Positions 18,802 through 28,617 are shown, numbered from the stretch's first letter. The stretch is DNA of 64,000 nt from an uncultured Desulfospira sp. (GCA_963663165.1 OY760175.1:2496001-2560000); one strand, 5' to 3'. Made by a program: numbers and translations. The notes: generated from the sequence alone by a model not told the origin.

Positions 18802-20934
18802 TTAATTTGTTAAGCCGGGGATAAGGCTGTTCAATACCCCCTTGGCCTGTTCTTTAACGCTTTTGCTGCTCGTGCCCGATCCCGAGCCTCCCTGAATCAG
18901 GCTTTTGAGACTATCGGCATCCGGGAGCTGGCTCTTGAGCAATTCTTCCAGGTCCACCCGGATTTTGGGCTGGGCAAAGGTTCCGGTTATCAGAACCGGC
19001 ACTGTAAGGCCAGACCTGTCTTTGGTATCGCCCTGCCCTTTAAGGGTAGCCACAAGCTTGGTGTCAACCTTGAAATCAAGGGTTTCTTTAATCAACTGGG
19101 CCTTTCCGTTTGTCGCTACCCTGAGCAGCGGCGAAACAAGGCTGGCGTCAGTTACCGTGGCAGTGCCCTTTCCTAAGGAAAAGGGAATACTCAATTCGCT
19201 GAAATCGGTTCTGGGCTTCTCTTCAACGGTTTCGGAAAGGCCGACCTTTGCGCCTGCATTCCGGACCATATTGGCCAGATCCACCCCCACAATAGCGCCG
19301 TCAGTAAACCGCAGCTGCCCTTTTCCGCTTACGGTTTTTTTGATCATGTCAGGGGTCTCCCCTGTCATGGCAAGTTTCATATCTGCGGCCAGGGTGCCCT
19401 CAATAACATCCACGGCAGCGGCGGCTTGGACCAGGGGGGCGGCCTGGATATTTTTGGCATCCAGCTCAAACTGTGTTTTAGGGGTGTTTTTTCTGATGTC
19501 CAGGACACTGCTTGCGGCCACGCTGCCCTGGTACAGGCTCAACGATACGGGCGCAAGCTTGAATACCCCGTCTTTGCCCTGAACCTGGGCCTTAAGAGAT
19601 TGGATGATGACATTGGCTGCTTTAAGCTTTCCTGCAGAAAGTTTTCCGTCCACCACCATCTGCCGAAGGGCTGTATAATCCGTGCCGGTTTCTGCCGGCT
19701 CTTTTTCTTTTGCAGAAACAGGAGCCGTTTTTGCTGAAGCTGCTTTTTGCTGAGCGGTCTTGGTTTTGGTCGTTTTTTGGGTGGCTGATGCGGTTTCAGT
19801 CCCGGCGGTTTCCTGGTCCTGGTCCGTCTGGGGCAGATACCGGTCCAGGTCAATTTGATCCAGGGCCAGGTCAAATTGGATATCCGGCTTGGCATACTCT
19901 TTTACCCGGGCGGAGAATTTCAAGGTGGAATCATCCAGGGTCAACACCCCGTCAGACACGGCCACCTGACCGGCATCGGCCTTAACTTTTGTCTTGAGGG
20001 AAACCGAATCCAGAACCTTGGGATCTGATGTTTCCATTGGCAGGGACATGCCTAACCCGGCCATCAGGTTCCGGGGTGAAAACGAATCCACTTCAACAGA
20101 AAGGTCGGCCCCCGGATTTCCGGCCGGATCTGTTATGGCCCCTTTGAGCTTACAGACCAGAAGATCCAGGGCTTTTAAGGTGATATTCAAGGGGATATCC
20201 CCTTTCCCCGGCTCTTTTCCAACGGGCCCTGCCTCACCGGACAGGGAAAGGGGTTTTCCATCCAGCTTAACAGACAGTTCCACGGGAATGGGTTTATCCA
20301 GGCTGATATTTTCAATAACCACGCGAAAATCCGTAAGCTTTTTGTCCACCCCGCCGGCAGGGTCCACATAGTGCACCAGGCCGTTGACAATGGAAAAATT
20401 TCTAATGGTCAACGCCTCAATGGGCAGACTGCCGGATTCGGTCTGTTCCTGTTTTTTTTCTGTAGGTTCGGCTTCTTTTTTTACTGTGGATTCTGTTTTA
20501 GGTGTCTGCTTCCTGGTCTGATCTTGTGCTGTCTGGCCCAGATTTTCCCAGTTGCCTTTTCCGTTTTTGTCTTTTTCCAGATAAATTTGGGGAGAATCAA
20601 TCAGAAAGGTTTTAACCTCTATCTGCTTTGACAGCAGCGGCATGACCTTGAGTCTGACCTCGAAGGTCTTTATGGTCACCATGTCCAAAGCACTGAACCC
20701 TTTGGGATTTCCCAATTTGAGATCCGAAAGCTTAACACCGACCCAGGGGAACACCGACAAGTCCATGTCATCACCAATGGAAAACGGCCGGCCGGCCTGC
20801 TCGGAAACCAGCTGCTCAATTTCGGGCTTATACTGCTTGATATCCACGAACCGGGGAATCAGCATCACTGCCCCGGCCACCAGCAATATCAGGCATCCCA
20901 ATGCGATCAATCCCCATTTTATGATCCCCTTCAT
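18802..20934 (-). CDS. AsmA family protein
   Basis: N-terminal TM anchor, AsmA-type N-terminus (GRPFSI.DD..LSVFPW), beta-rich body and C-terminal VPVLITGT..P. Confidence 0.88.
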   Translation of the reverse strand: MKGIIKWGLIALGCLILLVAGAVMLIPRFVDIKQYKPEIEQLVSEQAGRPFSIGDDMDLSVFPWVGVKLSDLKLGNPKGFSALDMVTIKTFEVRLKVMPLLSKQIEVKTFLIDSPQIYLEKDKNGKGNWENLGQTAQDQTRKQTPKTESTVKKEAEPTEKKQEQTESGSLPIEALTIRNFSIVNGLVHYVDPAGGVDKKLTDFRVVIENISLDKPIPVELSVKLDGKPLSLSGEAGPVGKEPGKGDIPLNITLKALDLLVCKLKGAITDPAGNPGADLSVEVDSFSPRNLMAGLGMSLPMETSDPKVLDSVSLKTKVKADAGQVAVSDGVLTLDDSTLKFSARVKEYAKPDIQFDLALDQIDLDRYLPQTDQDQETAGTETASATQKTTKTKTAQQKAASAKTAPVSAKEKEPAETGTDYTALRQMVVDGKLSAGKLKAANVIIQSLKAQVQGKDGVFKLAPVSLSLYQGSVAASSVLDIRKNTPKTQFELDAKNIQAAPLVQAAAAVDVIEGTLAADMKLAMTGETPDMIKKTVSGKGQLRFTDGAIVGVDLANMVRNAGAKVGLSETVEEKPRTDFSELSIPFSLGKGTATVTDASLVSPLLRVATNGKAQLIKETLDFKVDTKLVATLKGQGDTKDRSGLTVPVLITGTFAQPKIRVDLEELLKSQLPDADSLKSLIQGGSGSGTSSKSVKEQAKGVLNSLIPGLTN

Positions 20935-21150
20935 TTGGTTTCCTCCACTTTTTTGCGATAGGTTTTTTACTTGAAAGGCTATTTAATGACAGGATAACTC
21001 TACCATGATCCGCCATTTTTTCAATGGGGTTTTCTGTTAACCGATCTGTGCGGCTATTGAATTCCTAATCAAATTCTAACGTTAGATCTTCATTTTTGGT
21101 ATTATAGTATAGCCATGCCGCCTTTCATAAGCCTTCATAAGGAGAAACCA

Positions 21151-22869
21151 ATGAAACCATATTGCGAAAACCGGGTGGTCCTGTGGGCCTGTGTTCTGAT
21201 CACGGCCCTGTCGCTGGTCACCGGCTGCTCAGACAATGCCCCGGACCGGCAACAGCAGCAAAGTTCCGCCGCCTCCGGGAACGGTTCTTCCCCTGCCAAT
21301 GATTCGGGGCCGTTTGTTGTGTATGCCGGATCAGAAATGAGCGGGCTTGAACCCATGATCAAAAAATGGGCCGATAAGAAAGGCTTTCATATTCAGATTC
21401 ACTACAAAGGGTCCATTGACATGATGCGCATGATGCAGGATGGGACCGGCAGCCCGGCCGATGCCTACTGGCCGGCCCATACCATCTGGTTTATCCTGGG
21501 CGATACCAGCCATGCGGTGAAAAACAAACGAAGCATCATGGTATCCCCCATTGTGGCAGGCCTTAAGGAAAGTGTGGTCAAACGCCTGGGATGGGATCAA
21601 AAAAGCCCGGACATGGCGCAATTTCTGGCCGCCGCCAAAAACGGGGAATTCAAGTACGGCAAAACCAGTTCTACCCAGTCCAATTCCGGTGCACTGTTCC
21701 ATTTAGCGGCCTGGTGGGCCTTTGCCGGGAAGCCTGAAACCTGGACCATGGACCTGGTAAAAAATCCACAGATCCAGGCCCGGGTAAAGGAGATGGAATC
21801 CACGGTGGCGGCCACCTCCGGCAGCTCGGGCTGGCTTAAATCCAAAATGGTGGATGATGCCGCCCGCCTGGACGGCATGATCAATTACGAGGCCATGATT
21901 TCAGAGGCCAATATCGGGTGGACCACTATTGACAAAAAAACCGGAAAGGAAGTCCACCACCCCGGCCTTATCAAAAAAGGCCTGGAACCCCTGCACGTGG
22001 TCTACCTGTCCGATGCCACCATGATGGCCGACCATCCTTTGGGATATGTGGACAAGGGGGATGGGGGGAAAGAAAAAATCTTCAATGAACTGCAAGCCTA
22101 TCTGCTGACGTCTGATGCCCAGAAAGAAATGATCCGCAAAGGGCGAAGGAACAAACTTCTGGGCATGGATCCATCCCTGGCCGATAAAAAGGCCTTTAAT
22201 CCCCGGTACGGATTTGACGCGGCCCGGGTGATTGCCCCGATCCAGCCCCCCAGGGAAGATGTGCTGACCGCCATTCTTGACCTGTACCAGGAAGAGGTCA
22301 GAAAGCCGTCCGCCACCTTCTGGGTGATTGACGATTCCGGCTCCATGTACAACAACAACGGTAAAGAGGCGGTCCAGCAGGCCATGGCCATTCTGCTCAC
22401 CCCGGATAAGGCAAAGGCGTATAAGCTTCAGCCCACGGCCCGGGATATCCATGTGGTCATTCCCTTCAGCGATGTGCCGGGCAAGCCCATCACGGCCCAG
22501 GGCAAGGACCCGGCGGTGCTTGCCGCGTTGATGCAGAACATCAACACAATGAGTTTAGGCAATGGCACCGATATGTACGCCGGGGTTGTGGCGGCCCTGA
22601 TCTACATCAAGCAGCATGAAGATCAGATCAAAGACCATTTTCCGGCCATTGCCGTGCTGTCCGACGGCAAGTCCAAAGGGGATATCAATACCGTTGCCGC
22701 AGCGGTTCAGCGCCTGGGGCTTGATTATGTTCCCATATTCACCTTGAGCTTTGGCAGCGAGGCGGATGAAACCCAGCTCAAGGAGCTTTCGGCCTCATTC
22801 GGGGGACGGTATTTTTCTGGGCAGCATGATGTGGCCGATGCGTTCAGGAAAATGAAAGGCTACAATTAG
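21151..22869 (+). CDS. Lipoprotein: solute-binding-protein-like domain fused to a C-terminal vWA domain
   Basis: Lipobox LVTGC. SBP-like motifs SPIV, QSNSG, YEA and DHP. vWA MIDAS motif DDSGS ... T ... LSDG. RBS GGAG precedes ATG 21151. Confidence 0.85.
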   Translation: MKPYCENRVVLWACVLITALSLVTGCSDNAPDRQQQQSSAASGNGSSPANDSGPFVVYAGSEMSGLEPMIKKWADKKGFHIQIHYKGSIDMMRMMQDGTGSPADAYWPAHTIWFILGDTSHAVKNKRSIMVSPIVAGLKESVVKRLGWDQKSPDMAQFLAAAKNGEFKYGKTSSTQSNSGALFHLAAWWAFAGKPETWTMDLVKNPQIQARVKEMESTVAATSGSSGWLKSKMVDDAARLDGMINYEAMISEANIGWTTIDKKTGKEVHHPGLIKKGLEPLHVVYLSDATMMADHPLGYVDKGDGGKEKIFNELQAYLLTSDAQKEMIRKGRRNKLLGMDPSLADKKAFNPRYGFDAARVIAPIQPPREDVLTAILDLYQEEVRKPSATFWVIDDSGSMYNNNGKEAVQQAMAILLTPDKAKAYKLQPTARDIHVVIPFSDVPGKPITAQGKDPAVLAALMQNINTMSLGNGTDMYAGVVAALIYIKQHEDQIKDHFPAIAVLSDGKSKGDINTVAAAVQRLGLDYVPIFTLSFGSEADETQLKELSASFGGRYFSGQHDVADAFRKMKGYN

Positions 22870-22990
22870 TGAACGACAATTCACCCATCTGCTGCGTTGC
22901 TGCAAAGATCTGCCATCCTCACAACCTGAAGGTTGCTCCGGTTGCAGATCTTTTTGCGCCTTGCATCTGGGCAAATTCTCGTCCTGACAT
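22865..22990. mobile_element. ~126-bp palindromic MITE-like repeat, copy 2 (diverged)
   Basis: Core CACCCATCTGCTGCGTTGC...GGTTGCTCCGGTT...GCGCCTTGCATCTGGGCAA matches the reverse complement of 968-1093. Confidence 0.85.
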
Positions 22991-23050
22991 AGCTGCATTA
23001 ATAAGGTTTTCCAACTGGAATAAACGCGGATTAGAGGAGATGGTGTTTTC

Positions 23051-23674
23051 ATGCAGGTAAACTGGAAAATGAATATGGTGATCAGCGCTCTGGTGACCGT
23101 GGGTGCCTATTTTGGGGCGGACGTTCTGCTTGAGTTTAAATGGTGGGTGGATGTGATCATCGCCTTATTTTTCGGGGGGATTGTTAATCAGCTGATCCTG
23201 CATGACAAAAAAGAGGACCATGAAATTGAGGTGGTGCCGGGCCTGACCCGAAAGGAACTCAAGGATGCCCTGGTTCTTGGCCGGGACTTTACCCGGAAAA
23301 TAAACCAGATTGGAAAGGGGCTGGAAAGTGCCCGCCCGGACACGGCGGCCAAAATCCATGACATTGCCGCCATGGTCTCTGAACTGTTCGTCAACTTTGA
23401 AAAAGACCCCAAGGATCTGGCCACCAACAATGCCCGGCGGCTGCTCAACGACCACCTGCCCCGGGCCCACAAGTTTCTTTCCACCTATGCCGGGCTTGCC
23501 GCAGCCGGCCGGCTTACAGAAAACGAGACCGCCAAACTGTCCACCATGGAAGGAAAAATCACCACCATCAAGGAGAGTTTTTCCCGTCATCTGGAGGCCT
23601 TTAGGAGCAACGATTTTACGAACCTCCAAGTGGAGGGGAAGACCATGGAAACCATTTACAATATAGACATATAG
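23051..23674 (+). CDS. XpaC-like (5-bromo-4-chloroindolyl phosphate hydrolysis family) membrane protein
   Basis: Two N-terminal TM helices followed by a helical domain (FEKDP.D...ARRLL..HLP......TY), located upstream of a TelA gene. Confidence 0.7.
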   Translation: MQVNWKMNMVISALVTVGAYFGADVLLEFKWWVDVIIALFFGGIVNQLILHDKKEDHEIEVVPGLTRKELKDALVLGRDFTRKINQIGKGLESARPDTAAKIHDIAAMVSELFVNFEKDPKDLATNNARRLLNDHLPRAHKFLSTYAGLAAAGRLTENETAKLSTMEGKITTIKESFSRHLEAFRSNDFTNLQVEGKTMETIYNIDI

Positions 23675-23708
23675 CGGCTTTTATGAATCGGATACAGGAG
23701 AATAAAGG

Positions 23709-24809
23709 ATGAACAAAAAAAGCATGCTGGGCATTCTGCTGGCCCTGGTGGCCATTGCCGGAATAGCCGTATTCCAATTTCTGGGAGACAGCGACATGCT
23801 CAAGGAGGTCAAGCTGCCTGACGCCATCACAGTCAAGGGATATGTGGGCGGCGAAAAAATGGGGTTTCTGGCCAATGACGCAGTGAAAAAGCTTCTGGAT
23901 AAAAAATACCGGATCACCATCGACGCCTATAAAAAGGGGAGTGTGGAAATGGTAAAAGACCCGGTTTACCGGACCCCTGATACCGACTTTTTCTGGCCCT
24001 CCAATTTTGTGTGTGTGGAATGGTTTAAAAAAACCGGGGGCAAATCCAAAGGGGCCGATGTGATTTTCAACTCCCCTATTGTGCTTTACTGCCCGGCAAA
24101 GGTGGCCGATGCACTGATCAAGATCGGGGTGGTGACTGTCCAGGAAAACGTCCATTACATTGTTGATTTTCCAAAGCTTGCGGATCTTGCCATCACCGGC
24201 ACCAAGTGGAAGGACATTGACCTTCCCATGATTCCCGGCAGCATCAAAATCCTGTCAACAGACCCGTCCGAGAGCAACTCGGGCAACATTTTTTTCGGCC
24301 TTCTGGCCAATGTGCTATACGGGGATGTGGTGAGCCCGGCCGCCATTGCCGATATCCTGCCCAAGATCAAATCCTACTATGACCGCATGGGATTCCAGCA
24401 AAAATCCTCAGGGGATGTGTTTGACCTGTTTATCTCCAACCCCTATACCTACCCGTTGCTGGTGGGATATGAAAACCAGCTCATTGAATATGCCATCCAG
24501 AACAGTGACGACTACAGCATTGAATTTTTGAAAAAAAATATCCGGGCCCTGTATCCCCAGCCCACGGTCTGGTCTTCCCATCCCCTGATCGCGGTAAATG
24601 AAAAGGGGGAACGGCTCATGGCCGCCCTAAAAGACGCGGAGATCCAGAAAATCGCCTGGGAAAAACACGGGTTCCGGTCCACCGTTAAAGGGGTGAGAAA
24701 CGACCCGACCAAACACAAGGTATCCGGCCTGCCCGAGGTGATCACCTCCATTATCCAAATGCCGTCAGCAGAAACCATGGACATTATTTTAGAGACCATC
24801 AAACCATAA
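23709..24809 (+). CDS. Membrane-anchored solute-binding-protein-like protein, paralogous to the SBP part of 21151-22869
   Basis: N-terminal TM segment. Shared motifs SPIV, SNSG, YE, HPL and Q......GFR. Confidence 0.75.
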   Translation: MNKKSMLGILLALVAIAGIAVFQFLGDSDMLKEVKLPDAITVKGYVGGEKMGFLANDAVKKLLDKKYRITIDAYKKGSVEMVKDPVYRTPDTDFFWPSNFVCVEWFKKTGGKSKGADVIFNSPIVLYCPAKVADALIKIGVVTVQENVHYIVDFPKLADLAITGTKWKDIDLPMIPGSIKILSTDPSESNSGNIFFGLLANVLYGDVVSPAAIADILPKIKSYYDRMGFQQKSSGDVFDLFISNPYTYPLLVGYENQLIEYAIQNSDDYSIEFLKKNIRALYPQPTVWSSHPLIAVNEKGERLMAALKDAEIQKIAWEKHGFRSTVKGVRNDPTKHKVSGLPEVITSIIQMPSAETMDIILETIKP

Positions 24810-24812
24810 AGA

Positions 24813-24892
24813 AGCGGTTAGCATTTAGCGGTTAGCCGCCACCCCGGCGACCCAACCCGCTAACCGCTAAAGGTACCGGCTAACAGCACTAA
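24813..24892. repeat. Heptamer array with inverted arms (GCGGTTA / TAACCGC)
   Basis: GCGGTTA GCATTTA GCGGTTA GCC ... CCCGCTA ACCGCTA ... CCGGCTA ACAGC. Confidence 0.8.
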
Positions 24893-24909
24893 AAGAAAGG
24901 AGTCCCGCC

Positions 24910-26195
24910 ATGTCAGACAATGAATTTAACCTGCTGGATGAAATCAATGCCAGGAAAAACGCTCAGGCCGCGGCCCCTCAATCCCCGGCGGCACCCGCTG
25001 TTTCGCCTGAAGTCCCGGCAGCCCCGGCAGCCGCTGTGAAGCCCCCGCCGTTACCGGCCGATCCGCCTCAGAACCTGCCGGCCCCGGTCAACCTCAGCAT
25101 GCTGGAGCCCCCCAGCCCAGCGTGCTCACCTGGGACCAGCTGGATCAGCCCCAGCAGGCCAAGGCCCAGGAGTATGGAAGTTCTGTGGTGTTCCATGACC
25201 GGAACAGTGTGAGATTTTACGGGTACAACGAAGAAAAGGCCATGTCCGATTTCCTGGACGAGCTGCTGGATGGCATCAAAGCCAAGGATTCAGATCTGGC
25301 CGGCGAACTGCTCATTGCCCTGAACCGGAACATTGACGACCTTAAGCTCCAGAAATTCCAGGACATTCTGGAAGGCAAAGAGGGCGGCGGTTTTTTTGGC
25401 ATGTTCACCAGCAAGGCCAAAGAGCTGGCCAAGATGATCCAGTTTCTGGTGGACCGGCAAAAAAATGTCCGGGAACAGTTTGACAAAATGCAGATGCAGG
25501 CGGAAAGCGAACGGAACTGCCTGATCGAAGACAACACCAAATATCAGTTGCTGCTGGACCGGACCATCGACCAGATCACAGCGGTCATGCCCATCATCGT
25601 GGGCGGCCAGCTGGCCCTAAAGCGCGGGTTTGACGAGTTCAACGCCCTGAAGCAGCAGGCCACAGAACAGCCGGCCAACACCCTTCTGGCCTCCCAGGTC
25701 CAGGACTTTGCCAACAGCCTTGAAGCCTTTAACCACCGCCTGGTCAACCTCCAGATCTCCTTTACCAAGCGGGCCGCCACCACCATTCCCAAAATCCGGG
25801 CCATCCAGGATGCCCTGAACATAGAAATGGACAACCTGGTGGACAAGGTCATTTTTGTGATCCCGGCTTTGAAAGAGGCGGTGATCGATATTGTTACAAC
25901 GGCCCGGATCCGAAAACTCCAGCTGACCAGAAAAGAAGAAGAAGCCATGATGAAGCGGGTGGAAGACCTGCGCAACCGGACCATGAAAGATGCCATCCTG
26001 GAAGCCAAACGGTCTGAAGGGGATTATGCCACCAAGATCGCGCTTCTGGTGTCCATGAAAGATACCCTGGTGCAGATCTGCACGGAAGGCCGGAAAATTG
26101 TTGAAGAGAACCGGCAAAAACGGGTGGAAGCGGTTGAAAGCCTGAAAACCGTCAAACAGGAGATGGAAACGGCCTTAAGGGAAACGGCAGTTTAA
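24910..26195 (+). CDS. telA: Toxic anion resistance protein (TelA family), with a 1-nt frameshift in the C6 run at 25108-25113
   Basis: Strong RBS (AAGGAG) before 24910. A Pro/Ala-rich N-terminal ORF joins the coiled-coil TelA-like ORF (25122-26195) if one C is added (...EPPQPSVLTW...). Confidence 0.75.
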
Positions 26196-26221
26196 GCTGT
26201 TCTTTTACAAACCCGAAATAC

Positions 26222-26255
26222 AAAAAGGCGGGTCCCGAAGAAACCCGCCTTTTTT
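26222..26255. terminator. Bidirectional intrinsic terminator
   Basis: AAAAAGGCGGGT-loop-ACCCGCCTTTTTT between convergent telA and PEP-CTERM genes. Confidence 0.9.
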
Positions 26256-26277
26256 CTTATGCTGATGTGCATTTGGG

Positions 26278-26934
26278 CTATGTTAGATTTTTTCTCCTGT
26301 ACAGGCGGGCAAGCCCGAGCATGCCAAAACCCAAAAGAAAAAATGTTCCCGGCTCGGGGTTTGCGATGGGATCATCCCCGGTGGCGGAGGATTCATCTTC
26401 GTCAAGCCTTATAGAACCGATAAATGAACTGTCTTTAACACGGCCGTAGGTAAGGCTTACCGTCATGTCCGAAAATATACCGGTCGTTAAACTACCGGTG
26501 AGACCTGAAATATCTTCTGTTGAAAAAGATAAACGAGAACCCGTGCGATAGTTCAATGTCAAAGTGTCAAACTTTGCAGAAAGGTAAACAGTATCATTTT
26601 CATCAATAATCTTAAAAAAACCGCTGTATCCTGTGTATTCTGTACCATTAAAAGAGCCCTCAGCCACAAACTCAAACTTTAGTGCAGCACCATACAAATC
26701 TTGAAAATACTGCGCATCATCCTGCCCAATGTTTATGCCCGTGGCATTCGCGCTTATAAAAAAGTCTTTTCCAAGAGACCAATCCCATTTACCATCTTCA
26801 TCCCAGATATCTGTGTCAATCAACGCTTTCAAAGAAATGGTCTCAGCTGAAACCGTATTCAGTCCAAACAAAAGGCTTAAAGCTATGAATGCTATGATCA
26901 GACCATACTTTGGTTTTAAATTCCTGTTTAACAT
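26278..26934 (-). CDS. PEP-CTERM sorting domain protein
   Basis: Signal peptide and C-terminal NPEPGTFFLLGFGMLGLARLYRRK. Confidence 0.9.
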   Translation of the reverse strand: MLNRNLKPKYGLIIAFIALSLLFGLNTVSAETISLKALIDTDIWDEDGKWDWSLGKDFFISANATGINIGQDDAQYFQDLYGAALKFEFVAEGSFNGTEYTGYSGFFKIIDENDTVYLSAKFDTLTLNYRTGSRLSFSTEDISGLTGSLTTGIFSDMTVSLTYGRVKDSSFIGSIRLDEDESSATGDDPIANPEPGTFFLLGFGMLGLARLYRRKNLT

Positions 26935-26954
26935 ATTGCATATCCTTTTGTGGG

Positions 26955-27533
26955 TTAAATATCAATTTTCCGTCGATACCCTGCAAACAACATCAGTCCG
27001 AATCCTATCAGTAACAGGGATGATGGTGCCGGTACTGAAGTTAACACAATTTCTATTTCTGCTGTTCCACTATAGTCCTGATCAAAACTAAAAGGGGTTG
27101 AGCCACCAACAGTCTCAAGCGCTATGTTCAAATAAAAATCCGTTTGAAATAAGTTGTCCCATTCTCCTCCGGTAATAGTATATTCAGGATACAGCTCGAT
27201 GATGCCAAAATCAGCGTAATCGAAATCATCATAATCAAGGTCTCCGTCCTGCGCCGCTTCAATCACAGTAGAACTTTCAAAGGTCAAGCTCATTGTATTT
27301 CCTGATCCCAGGACAGCTGTCAATGTGACCCTATCTCCCACCGCCAACAAATCAGGAAAGCTTGATAAGTCTACAGCAACGTCTGTAAAAGTAAGTGTTT
27401 TGCTATCACCATCATATCCAAAATTCCCTGCTAACCCAATACTCGTAGCAGTAGCAGCCCATGCGGAACCGGATAAGAAAATGCCGATTATCAGTGAAGT
27501 CACGATAGAAAAGCGTCTTACAGTTTGCAACAT
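26955..27533 (-). CDS. PEP-CTERM sorting domain protein (VPAP variant, start at 27533)
   Basis: Signal peptide ending SAWA, C-terminal VPAPSSLLLIGFGLMLFAGYRRK, and a GGAG RBS before ATG 27533. Confidence 0.88.
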   Translation of the reverse strand: MLQTVRRFSIVTSLIIGIFLSGSAWAATATSIGLAGNFGYDGDSKTLTFTDVAVDLSSFPDLLAVGDRVTLTAVLGSGNTMSLTFESSTVIEAAQDGDLDYDDFDYADFGIIELYPEYTITGGEWDNLFQTDFYLNIALETVGGSTPFSFDQDYSGTAEIEIVLTSVPAPSSLLLIGFGLMLFAGYRRKIDI

Positions 27534-27591
27534 AATGGTCTCCAAATTTAAAAAGATTAATTCTTTACGTTTAATTTCTAACATAAATCAA

Positions 27592-27607
27592 TGCAAACCT
27601 GATGCCA
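27592..27607 (-). promoter_or_regulatory. Sigma-54 (-24/-12) promoter for the PEP-CTERM pair
   Basis: Minus strand TGGCAT-CAGGT-TTGCA matches TGGCAC-N5-TTGCW, ~60 nt upstream of the start. Confidence 0.8.
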
Positions 27608-27841
27608 AAGCAATAAAAAAATTAAAATTTGGCTATAACCCCCGATTGGCGGGACTTTCTACAAAAGATAAGAGACAAAGGAATTTAATAAATCTGATAA
27701 ATCTAGGAAAAAAATGTTATACCTTGAGAAAAAAATGTTATAATTCTAGGAAAATTATGACATAACACCGAACTGCTCCAGGCAGGCCGCAATGGGGCGA
27801 TGAACACGCTTTCCAAGCTTATCCGGCCACCATATAGCATC

Positions 27842-27968
27842 GTGTTTGAACGAAAAGTCACCCATCGGCTGCGTTGCAGAAAAATTTGCAATCCTCACCC
27901 CCCCCCATGGTTGCTCCGGTTACAAATTTTTCTGCGCCTTGCATCTGGGCAATTTTTCCCCCAAACAA
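27842..27968. mobile_element. ~126-bp palindromic MITE-like repeat, copy 3
   Basis: GTGTTTGAACGAAAAGTCACCCATC...GCATCTGGGCAATTTTTCCCCCAAACA, a near reverse complement of copy 1. Confidence 0.88.
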
Positions 27969-28002
27969 GGGATTTCCGTTCAGCCAGCAACCGAATAAAT
28001 GT

Positions 28003-28617
28003 CTAACGGTTTTCTCTTTCGTTAAAGCAGGGGATGCACAAAAGCTGCCCCCCGAAATGGCGGGTCCGGGTCTCCATGACGGTTTCGCCGCAGGCTTCGC
28101 ATACCATGGGGGCCAGGAGACGGGCCATTTTAGGGGCAGGCCCTGCAGGTTCTTTTACATCAAAAAGATCGGAAAGATCAGCGGCCATCACATCATTGGA
28201 GATATCGGCCCGGGTCTTCTTCCAGACCTTCATCTCTTCATCGGTGAGGCCGGTTTCCGTCATTTTCCGGTGCAGGTCTCCCAAAATCTTCCCGTGGTCG
28301 CCGTAAATGGTGGGCCGGCCCACCAGGCGGGCGGCCTTGCCGTCCTTTCTGCGGTAGAAGGTAAAGGCGTTTTTCCCGTAGTCCTTGAATATCAGGTTGC
28401 CTTTGCCAAAGGTGCAGCCGGTCAGAAACTGGATGGCATCCACACCGCACATATCGGTTTCCACCACGGCCACAATCTCTTCATCTTCGGACAGGCCGCC
28501 CATCTGGGTCAAGGCCCATTCAGCGGCACGGATGCCGATGGCAAGTCCGGGACACCAGTGGCCGTGGAAACGGATGGTCTGCTCAACAACTTCTTTGGTA
28601 ATGACGTTTTCACTCAT
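28003..28617 (-). CDS. FmdE family protein (formylmethanofuran dehydrogenase subunit E-like) with C-terminal zinc finger
   Basis: FHGHWCPGLAIG, ETDMCGVDAIQ.LTGCT.GKGNL and C..CGE...C..C motifs. Confidence 0.92.
   Translation of the reverse strand: MSENVITKEVVEQTIRFHGHWCPGLAIGIRAAEWALTQMGGLSEDEEIVAVVETDMCGVDAIQFLTGCTFGKGNLIFKDYGKNAFTFYRRKDGKAARLVGRPTIYGDHGKILGDLHRKMTETGLTDEEMKVWKKTRADISNDVMAADLSDLFDVKEPAGPAPKMARLLAPMVCEACGETVMETRTRHFGGQLLCIPCFNERENR

Noticed and set aside
22869..23060. Short ORFs 925-1338, 22869-23060 and 27874-28641 sharing VAPV..F.APCIWA
   Set aside because: The shared peptide is just the translation of the 126-bp MITE. These are not real genes.
27757..27841. Possible ECF sigma factor N-terminal remnant (TELLQAGRNG/DEHAF/LIR) cut by MITE copy 3
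   Set aside because: Needs two frameshifts over ~25 codons, which is too little evidence.
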